Below, in pieces: positions 55,737 through 62,786 of a DNA stretch of 64,000 bases. Each line of letters starts with the position of its first letter. Positions within the stretch are counted from its first letter, which is position 1. The notes under the pieces were generated by a model. It was not told where the DNA came from and made no database searches. It saw only the letters and a list, made by a program, of their open reading frames with translations. The DNA comes from an uncultured Acidobacteriota bacterium (lineage in GTDB: Bacteria; Acidobacteriota; Vicinamibacteria; Vicinamibacterales; UBA2999). The position numbers and the translations under genes are program-made. The stretch lies in assembly GCA_963827515.1 (NCBI GenBank), contig CAWHBF010000010.1:5295-69294 (forward strand). The letters run 5' to 3'.

Positions 55737-56153
55737 ATGGAAATCAGCCAACTCGACACCACCAATATTTTCCTCGGCATCATCGCGGGGCTGGCCCTGG
55801 CCCAAATGGTGGCCGGCATCATCGCCATCATCTGGCTGAAACGCACGATGTCGCGTGTGTCGCAGGCCACAACAAGGTTCGAAACCACGTATCTCCACCC
55901 CTTGGTGCAGGAGTCGCAGCAGATTGCGCGTCAGACGAGAGAGGTGATCTCAGAGCTACAGCCACTGGTCACCCGCGCCAACACGTTCGTGAAGGGATTT
56001 GAATCGCGTACAGAACACGCGCTGATGGCGGTCGATGCGGTAAATGAGCAGGTGGACGCCGTGGTCCATTCGGGACTGACCCAACTGCGAGCCATCGAGC
56101 ATGGACTCCGGCGGGGCGTCGAGACTCTGGTGAATTTCTCGAATCACCGCTGA
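55737..56153 (+). CDS. Membrane-anchored coiled-coil protein (DUF948/YtxH-like architecture)
   Basis: AGGGAGAAG then ATG 55737. MEISQLDTTNIFLGIIAGLALAQMVAGIIAIIWL (one TM) is followed by a helical heptad-like sequence. Confidence 0.65.
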   Translation: MEISQLDTTNIFLGIIAGLALAQMVAGIIAIIWLKRTMSRVSQATTRFETTYLHPLVQESQQIARQTREVISELQPLVTRANTFVKGFESRTEHALMAVDAVNEQVDAVVHSGLTQLRAIEHGLRRGVETLVNFSNHR

Positions 56154-56173
56154 GTCATTCGACGCTGAGTCAT

Positions 56174-56385
56174 TCAACGACCGCTGGCGACACGACCGCT
56201 GGTGGCCCCCGTCGTCGGCGTCCACGACGGTGGGTCACTCGCTGGGAACGAGTCTTCGAGCGTCTCATCCACCGTATTCGATTTCGACTCCCTCGACGGA
56301 TTCGAAGGAACCGCCTGGCGAAAGCTCTGGCCGCGGCACCGGCCACGGCCAGAAGGACTAAGCGGGTCAGATATCTACTGAACAT
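56174..56385 (-). pseudogene. Small exported protein with a C-terminal DETLEDSFPASDPPSW motif; the N-terminal TM/signal is in a different frame
   Basis: ATG 56385 gives MFSRYLTRLVLLAVAGAAA, then Arg-rich nonsense. Another frame, which has no start codon of its own, reads ..SNTVDETLEDSFPASDPPSWTPTTGATSGRVASGR and stops at 56174-56176. From memory, EESFPASDPP-type motifs are common in small stress-cluster proteins. Confidence 0.4.
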
Positions 56386-56391
56386 GGATCC

Positions 56392-56544
56392 TCACGTAAT
56401 TGGACTTCGCCCTTGAATAACGCGAATGAGCAGCACCGCGATGGCGAGTATGAGCAGCAAGTGAATGAACCCGCCCAGCGTGTAGGAGCTCACCAAACCC
56501 AGCACCCACAAGACGAGCAGGACCATGAAAATGGTCCACAGCAT
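56392..56544 (-). CDS. lmo0937-family small membrane protein (50 aa)
   Basis: AGGAGGA RBS then ATG 56544. MLWTIFMVLLVLWVLGLVSSYTLGGFIHLLLILAIAVLLIRVIQGRSPIT closely follows the family pattern. Confidence 0.8.
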   Translation of the reverse strand: MLWTIFMVLLVLWVLGLVSSYTLGGFIHLLLILAIAVLLIRVIQGRSPIT

Positions 56545-56572
56545 AAGTCTCCTCCTGCAAAAACCAACTGCT

Positions 56573-57170
56573 TCACATAGGAGCATTCCGCATGCCAACG
56601 GCGGCGAGGTGGCTCGGCAGCCGTGGTGACACCATGGTCGCGAGATTGCTCTTGAGATCTTCACGAAGTAGATCGACACGCACCATCCCTGTCTGCGAGT
56701 CGATACGTCGCGTCAATTCTGACGGGACGAGCACTGAACCTCCGATCCACTGGCTCGTGTCAATAGCGAGGTACTGGATGGCCCAGTGGTCGTCGTCTGC
56801 AAGGAGGTCTTCGATGCAGCCGACGCGTCCGTCCAACGCCTGGATGTGGCAGCCATTCGTTCGTTGAACGCTGCGCAGCCGGTCGGTCACCTCCACCGTC
56901 GCGTCGATCCAGCTGGGATTCGCCGCAGCCTTCCTGACGTCTTCGCGCGTCATGCTCGTGACGATGCGCGCACCGTCCCAATCTATGCCTTCGATCTTGC
57001 CGTGTAGGTATGAGTGCCGTCCGTTGCGGAAACCACGACGTCGTCTTCACCACGAGGAATCGGGCGATCCATCGTCGATCATCGAGATAGAAATCATCGA
57101 CGTGACCGACGACCCTGTCGTCACACGTTTCAACGGTCCATGCGTGTAGATCCCTGAGGCGTCTGAGCAT
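56573..57170 (-). pseudogene. Tandem PRC-barrel domain protein; frame interrupted at about 57003-57016
   Basis: ORF 56760..57239 gives MLRRLRDLHAWTVETCDDRVVGHVDDFYLDDRRWIARFLVVKTTSWFPQRTALIP (PRC-barrel 1) and then nonsense. ORF 56573..56953 and its upstream extension give HGKIEGIDWDGARIVTSMTREDV...HIQALDGRVGCIEDLLADDDHWAIQYLAIDTSQWIGGSVLVPSE (PRC-barrel 2). Confidence 0.65.
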
Positions 57171-57817
57171 ACCCACCTGGCTTTTCTGGCGCACCGGCTC
57201 ATCTGAGTGAGGTGATGGCCGTCGGGTACTACGGTGCAAAACCGGATCCGCAGCTTTAGAACACAGCGTGCCTGGGACTTCCGGAATGAGAACGCGTCGG
57301 TTGGTAGGTTCTGCCAGACCCGTTGTAAGCGATACATGAGGGTCGCGCGATTCGCCTCGAACGTGGGCCGAGGGGGTGTGCCGGATTTTCGTGCGGACGC
57401 GCCGAGAAGGAGGGCCGTCCCGCCTGGGGTAACCGGCGGGACGGTATGGGAAAGAGGCGTTATGGAATGGTTCGTAGCCGAACCGCTCACATCGTTCGCG
57501 GTTCCAGCTAGCCGGAGCCGCCTCACGCTCCGATCAAGTGCTCGATGCCTTCCAGCAATTCCTACCGTGACGTTGTAAAAGGCTCCGTCAACGATTCGCT
57601 GTCTTGGCCGTGAACTGACCTCTCATCGGCGTGGGCCCGAGCCAGCCCGCGCGCTTATTGCGGTCACGGTGATCACTGTGCAATCGATGTGCCCGAACGT
57701 CTGCTGCCGACTGTGCGGCGTTGGCGATGGGTTGACCGGCTTTCTGCTATACAGGCAAGCCGAAGGAGGAGCGAAGGAGCGCTACGACGAGCGTCCGGGC
57801 CCTGCTATCATCCGGCG

Positions 57818-58388
57818 ATGACACCAGCCGACTGCATTCTCTTCAGCGGCGGCGCACCCGGCGCCGAAGCTGCCTTCGGCGCCTCTGCAGAGCGCCACGG
57901 AGTTGAAGAAGTCAATTTCACCTTCGACGGCCACAAGCTCGAACGGCATCGCGGCGTCCGGGTCCTCAACCACGAGGAACTACTGAACGGCGATGTCAGT
58001 CTCGAATACGTCTCCCGGCTGTTGCGTCGGCGTTACACCGAGGCACCGACGCTTCGCAAGGTACCTGCAGACGCTGTGGTATCAGGTGAACAACGGACAG
58101 GAGATCTACGTCATTGGCTCGATCCTCGACGACGGCACCGTCAGGGGCGGAACCGGGTGGGGCGCCGAGTTCGCCAAGCTCTGCAACAAGCCGCTCTCGG
58201 TCTTCGACCAGGACAAGGACGGCTGGTTTCACTGGACGGGCACGGAATGGGAACCGCTCGATGCCTCGACGGTGCCAGTGATCACACATCCACACTTCAC
58301 CGGCACTGGGACGCGGACGCTCCGCGAGAACGGTAGGCGCGAGATCGAAGCGTTGTTCCGCCGGTCCTTCAACGTGGTATCACACTGA
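57818..58388 (+). pseudogene. Conserved-looking hypothetical protein (possibly a SLOG/Rossmann-like fold); frame interrupted at about 58058-58063
   Basis: ATG 57818: MTPADCILFSGGAPGAEAAFGASAERHGVEEVNFTFDGHK...RRRYTEAPTLRK. It continues in ORF 57993..58388 as YLQTLWYQVNNGQEIYVIGSILDDGTVRGGTGWGAEFAKLCNKPLSVFDQDKDGWFHW. Removing one G of GG joins the frames. The fold assignment is a guess. Confidence 0.45.
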
Positions 58389-58421
58389 CCGACACCGAGC
58401 TCGCGCGTTTCGCCTGATGCG

Positions 58422-58998
58422 TCAGCTCGGTACTGGCGGACGATTCCGAACGGTTTCGGGGACCTGACCACGCTTGTACACCATGACGGTGCGCGTGAAT
58501 TCAATGACCACCGTTCCGTTCTGCGTTGAGTCCCGTCGTCTTGAAGCGCACGATGCCGACGTTCGGGCGAGACGCAGACTCGCGCTTGTCGAGCACCTCG
58601 CTCCTGGAATAGATCGTGTCTCCCTCGAACACCGGGTGCGGAAGCCGCACCTCGTCCCACCCGAGGTTGGCCATCGCGTTCTGCGATGTGTCCGCGACCG
58701 ACTGCCCCGTCACCAGTGCCAGTGTGAACGTCGAATCGACGAGCGGCCGTTTGAACTCGGTCTTCGCAGCGTACGCACTGTCGAAATGAATGGGATTGGT
58801 GTTCTGTGTGAGCAGCGTGAACCAGACGTTGTCGGCCGAGAGGACCGTCCGGCCGAGCGCATGGGGATAGACGTCGCCAACCTCGAAGTCCTCGTACACC
58901 CTACCGGTCCAGCCTTCTTTGATCGCCACCTTCAGCTCCCCTATCTTCAGCCCGCCGGCGCCGCCGAGCTCCGACGCGCTCGCGCCGCGATCTCCCAC
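58422..58998 (-). pseudogene. MaoC-like (R)-hydratase hot-dog fold protein; frame interrupted at about 58519-58525
   Basis: YEDFEVGDVYPHALGRTVLSADNVWFTLLTQNTNPIHFDSAYAAKTEFKRPLVDSTFTLALVTG...FEGDTIYSRSEVLDKRES. ORF 58501..58998 ends ..GLNAERNGGH, while the shifted frame reads QNGTVVIEFTRTVMVYKRGQVPE.. and stops at 58422-58424. The start codon is uncertain. Confidence 0.7.
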
Positions 58999-59058
58999 GG
59001 CGGCGAAGGCAAGCCTATCGCGATCGGGTGGTCGTCGCGAGAGGTTCGAGGAGACTGG

Positions 59059-59295
59059 CTACTTCAGCGGGCGAACGGTCGGCATCGAACTGACAGGGAC
59101 CCACTCGCCGTTCAGACGGACGACGAACATCCCAGTCGCGTTTCCGGACGGGTCAGTGCCTTCCACTCGAAAGCCCAAGTCTGCCCCGGACACGACACGG
59201 GGCGCGTCCCGTCGTACCTGTGCGAGCGTGAAGGTGGACGTTGCCACCGCGACCGCCACCAGCGACCCTAGCCAGAACAGGACTAGCCTTCTCAT
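59059..59295 (-). CDS. Small exported hypothetical protein
   Basis: AAGGAGGA RBS then ATG 59295. MRRLVLFWLGSLVAVAVATSTFTLAQ signal, then RRDAPRVVSGADLGFRVEGTDPSGNATGMFVVRLNGEWVPV. Confidence 0.6.
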   Translation of the reverse strand: MRRLVLFWLGSLVAVAVATSTFTLAQVRRDAPRVVSGADLGFRVEGTDPSGNATGMFVVRLNGEWVPVSSMPTVRPLK

Positions 59296-59473
59296 GATGT
59301 CCTCCTTCGAAGAGCGGAACTGCTGCCGCGTCGATTGAGACGCCGCCGGTGCCAGGCCGGCCGGAAACCCTCTGATTTGCCACCTCCGGAGTACACTACG
59401 ACTACTTTTCATCCTTCTATTCGAGAGTGCATATATATGCGGGCTGGATCAACATATGCAGGCTGTATCAACC

Positions 59474-59824
59474 ATGACAAAGCAGATCGTCGCCGTCGTC
59501 CTTGCTGCCGGCCTGCTCGTGGCCGGATGCGCCGCGCGTCAGGTACGTATCGCCGAGTTGAAGGACCAGCCAACGAGGTACAACGACCAAGCTATCCGTG
59601 TCACCGGGATGGTCACGAACAGCTTCGGGATTCCACTGGTGCCGTTCCAGCTGTACAACGTGGACGACGGCTCCGGCGAGATCAGCGTGGTCTCGAGATC
59701 GGGCAACGCCCCGGCCCGGGGAACGAGGATAGAGGTCAAAGGCAAGCTGAGCGAAGTGGCTGTGCTCGGGGGCCGATCGATAGGTCTGCACATCACCGAA
59801 GAGGACAGACGAGTAGTGAACTGA
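59474..59824 (+). CDS. Hypothetical lipoprotein (OB-fold-like)
   Basis: ATG 59474: MTKQIVAVVLAAGLLVAGC lipobox. The mature part YNDQAIRVTGMVTNSFGIPLVPFQLYNVDDGSGEISVVSRSGNAPARGTRIEVKGKL looks beta-rich. Confidence 0.6.
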   Translation: MTKQIVAVVLAAGLLVAGCAARQVRIAELKDQPTRYNDQAIRVTGMVTNSFGIPLVPFQLYNVDDGSGEISVVSRSGNAPARGTRIEVKGKLSEVAVLGGRSIGLHITEEDRRVVN

Positions 59825-59837
59825 GCGAGAGGTGACC

Positions 59838-61300
59838 ATGACTCAGTCAACCTTCAAACTCACGGCGCGCGGCGTCTCCGCACTCGCGCGCGTCCGGAAC
59901 TCGGCTGTCGACTGCGATCGCCATCACGGCTGGTATCGTCGCGCTCGCGGCGATCCTCGTTCCCGCTCAGACCCGGTTCAAGCTCGACAACAACAAGTAC
60001 ACGCTGGAAGAGGACGTAAAGGTCGGGCGTGAAGCCGCTGCGCAGGTCTCCAAGGAACTGCCGCTCCTGAACGATGCTCGAACCGAGGAGTGGGTCGAAG
60101 GGGTGGGTCGGGAGCTCGTCTCGGCAATCCCTGTCGGAGTTTTCGCACCCGCCGTTTCGGTACACGTTCGATGTGATCAACCAGAAGGAGATCAACGCCT
60201 TCGCCTTGCCGGGCGGACCGATGTTTCTCAACCGGGGCATGATCGAAGCGGGCAATTCGGAAGCGGAAGTCGCCGGGGTCATGGGGCACGAGATCGCCCA
60301 TGTCGCGCTCCGCCATGGCACGGCGCAGGCGACCAAGGGTGAGCGCTTTCAGCTCGGCGCGCTCGCGGGACAGGTCGTGGGCGCCGTGATCGGCGGCACG
60401 GCAGGCAGCCTCATCGCCCAGGGATCGCAGTTTGGATTGGGTACGTACTTCCTGAAATTCGGACGGGAATACGAGCGACAGGCGGATCTTCTTGGCGCAC
60501 AGATCCTGGCACGAGCCGGCTACGACCCGCGGCAGATGGCCAACATGTTCAAGACCATCGAATCCGAGAGCGGCGGCAGTCGCCAGCCGGAGTGGATGAG
60601 CAGTCACCCGAACCCGGGTAACCGCTACGACGCGATCCTCCGCGAGGCGGCGCTCCTGAAGGTTCAAGGCAACGCCGACAGCGGCCAGTTCAATAGCATC
60701 AAGTCACGGCTGGCGGGAATGTCCCCGGCGTTGACGGCCGAGCAGATCGCGAAGGGCAATGCGAGCAAGCCCAGCAACACGAGCGGCGGCACCACGTCGG
60801 GCGGGACCCGCCCCGCGGTTCGCGTCGAGCCACCGTCGAACCAGGGCCGAACCTATCGCCCGGCGAACTTTCTCACGATTACCGTGCCTGCCAACTGGCG
60901 GTCGTCCAGTGGCAGCGATAACGTCGTCACGTATGCTCCCGCGGGTGGCCTCGGGGACAACGGCTTCACCCACGGGTTACAGGTGGGAGTGCTGCAGAAC
61001 GGCACCGGCAACCTCCAGCGCGACACGGAGCAGATGATCCAGGGCTTTGCGCGATCGAACCCCAGTCTGCGGCAACAGGAGGGGTTCACGCGCGACACGC
61101 TCGGTGGACGAGCCGGTCTCACCTCCGTTTTTTCAAACGTCTCCGACGCGACCGGCGAAGCGGAAGCGGTCACGATCTCCACGACCCAATTGCGGGGCAA
61201 TACCGTGCTCTTCCTGATCGGCGTCGCCCCTCAGCGTGAGGCGTCTGCCTACACGAATACCTTCAGACGCGTGCGGCAGACGCTGCAGATCTCCGATTAG
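59838..61300 (+). pseudogene. M48-family zinc metalloprotease (paralog 2) with two frame interruptions (about 59885-59905 and 60128-60136); the main ORF is 60074..61300
   Basis: ATG 59838 (frame 0) gives MTQSTFKLTARGVSALARV. Frame +1 carries RLSTAIAITAGIVALAAILVPAQTRFKLDNNKYTLEEDVKVGREAAAQVSKELPLLNDARTEEWVEGVGRELVSAI. Frame +2 (ORF 60074) carries SEFSHPPFRYTFDVINQKEINAFALPGGPMFLNRGM..GHEIAHVALRHG. It is colinear with paralog 1 throughout. Confidence 0.75.
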
Positions 61301-62568
61301 TGAAACTCCACAACCTGCTGCTCGCGGCGCTGGTCGCGGGAGCCGCGCTCGGAGCAGCGCTGCATCCGTACGCAGACACGGCGTGGCTCGTGGCAGCGAA
61401 CACTCACCTGCTCCGCCCAATTGGCCAGATTTTCCTTCGCACGATCTTCATGATCGTGGTGCCGATGGTGTTCTCGGCGCTGGTGATCGGCGTGTATCAG
61501 CTCGGGCGCGGCCACGGCCTCTCAGGCGTGGCGGGACGAACGCTCGTCTTCACGCTGGTGCTGAGCGCCTCGTCGGTCATCGTAGGCATGACGCTGGTGA
61601 ATCTGCTGCAGCCTGGCGCGGGAATGGCGCTCGCCGACGGGGCTGCGTTGCCAGGAGTCGCGACGCTGCAGGCGAACGCCGCCGCGGCGAAGCCTCTCAG
61701 CGATACGTTGATCGAACTGGTTCCCCGCAACCCGCTCGATTCGGCCGTCCGCGCGCTCGACGGCGAGATGCTGCCGCTCATGGTCTTCGCGCTGATCTTC
61801 GGCGTCGCGGTGAGCCGGCTGCGCCTTGGCGACGAGGACCTCGTGCTCGTCCGCGTGCTCGAGCAGATCTTCGAGGCTTGCATGGGCATCGTGCACTTTG
61901 CGATGCGCCTGGCGCCGGTCGCGGTGTTCGCAATCGTCTTCAATACCGCGTTTACCTTTGGCACGGGAGTGTTTGCGTCCCTGCTGTACTACGTCTTTGC
62001 CGTCGTCGCCGGCCTCCTCATTCAGCAGTTCGTCGTTTACTCGGTACTGCTGTGGACGGTCGCCCGCCGTTCGCCCACGGAATTCTTTCGAGCCTCGCGC
62101 GAGGTCTACCTGTACGCGTTCTCGACCGCATCGTCCAACGCGACCTTGCCACTGTCGCTCGACGTGGCGGAACGCAAGCTTCACCTGCCGCCCAATATCT
62201 CGCGCTTCGTGCTGACTGTCGGATCCACCGCGAACCAGAACGGCACCGCGCTCTTCGAGGGGGTGACCGTGCTCTTTCTCGCGCAGGTCTACGGCCTCGA
62301 TCTCAGCCTGGGTCAGCAGATGCGGGTCATGCTGATGTCGATCGTCGCCGGTGTGGGCACGGCCGGCGTGCCAGGCGGATCGCTTCCGATGGTGATGATC
62401 GTCGCGCAGTCGGTCGGGATTCCGGCCGAGGGGATGGGGCTGATTCTCGGCGTCGATCGTTTCCTGGATATGTGCCGTACCGCCGTCAACGTGAGCGGTG
62501 ACCTCGTGATCGCCGCGATGGTGAGCGCCAGGCAACCGGCGCAGGTGGGAGCCGGCCAGGCCGCCTGA
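61300..62568 (+). CDS. Dicarboxylate/amino acid:cation symporter (DAACS / GltP-DctA family)
   Basis: GTG 61300 overlaps the upstream TAG by 1 nt. Polytopic, with the family motifs FSTASSNATLPL, GSTANQNGTALFEGVTVLFLAQ, AGVPGGSL and DRFLDMCRTAVNVSGD. Confidence 0.9.
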   Translation: MKLHNLLLAALVAGAALGAALHPYADTAWLVAANTHLLRPIGQIFLRTIFMIVVPMVFSALVIGVYQLGRGHGLSGVAGRTLVFTLVLSASSVIVGMTLVNLLQPGAGMALADGAALPGVATLQANAAAAKPLSDTLIELVPRNPLDSAVRALDGEMLPLMVFALIFGVAVSRLRLGDEDLVLVRVLEQIFEACMGIVHFAMRLAPVAVFAIVFNTAFTFGTGVFASLLYYVFAVVAGLLIQQFVVYSVLLWTVARRSPTEFFRASREVYLYAFSTASSNATLPLSLDVAERKLHLPPNISRFVLTVGSTANQNGTALFEGVTVLFLAQVYGLDLSLGQQMRVMLMSIVAGVGTAGVPGGSLPMVMIVAQSVGIPAEGMGLILGVDRFLDMCRTAVNVSGDLVIAAMVSARQPAQVGAGQAA

Positions 62569-62625
62569 GAGTCCCAATGCCCGTGGTACAATGCCGAGTC
62601 CTGCCCGCGAGATCGTCCACAACCT

Positions 62626-62712
62626 GCGGAAGTGGCGGAATTGGCAGACGCGCTAGCCTCAGGAGCTAGTTCCCGCAAGGGAGTGAAGGTTCGAGTCCTT
62701 TCTTCCGCACCA
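62626..62712 (+). tRNA. tRNA-Leu (anticodon CAG), class II with a long variable arm, CCA encoded
   Basis: Acceptor GCGGAAG/CTTCCGC. Anticodon stem CTAGC/GCTAG with loop CTCAGGA. Variable arm TTCCCGCAAGGGAGT. T-arm GAAGG-TTCGAGT-CCTTT. 3-prime ACCA. Confidence 0.9.
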
Positions 62713-62716
62713 ACCT

Positions 62717-62739
62717 TCGCTCGCGTATCGCGCGAGCGA
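62717..62739 (+). terminator. GC-rich hairpin just downstream of tRNA-Leu
   Basis: TCGCTCGCG-TATCG-CGCGAGCGA (9-bp stem). It is followed by a second stem CCGGTT..AACCGG (62743-62769). TTCGCTCGCGTA is shared with repeat copy C. Confidence 0.4.
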
Positions 62740-62786
62740 GCTCCGGTTGGCGTAGCGCGAGCGAACCGGCTGGCGAGCCCATTCGA

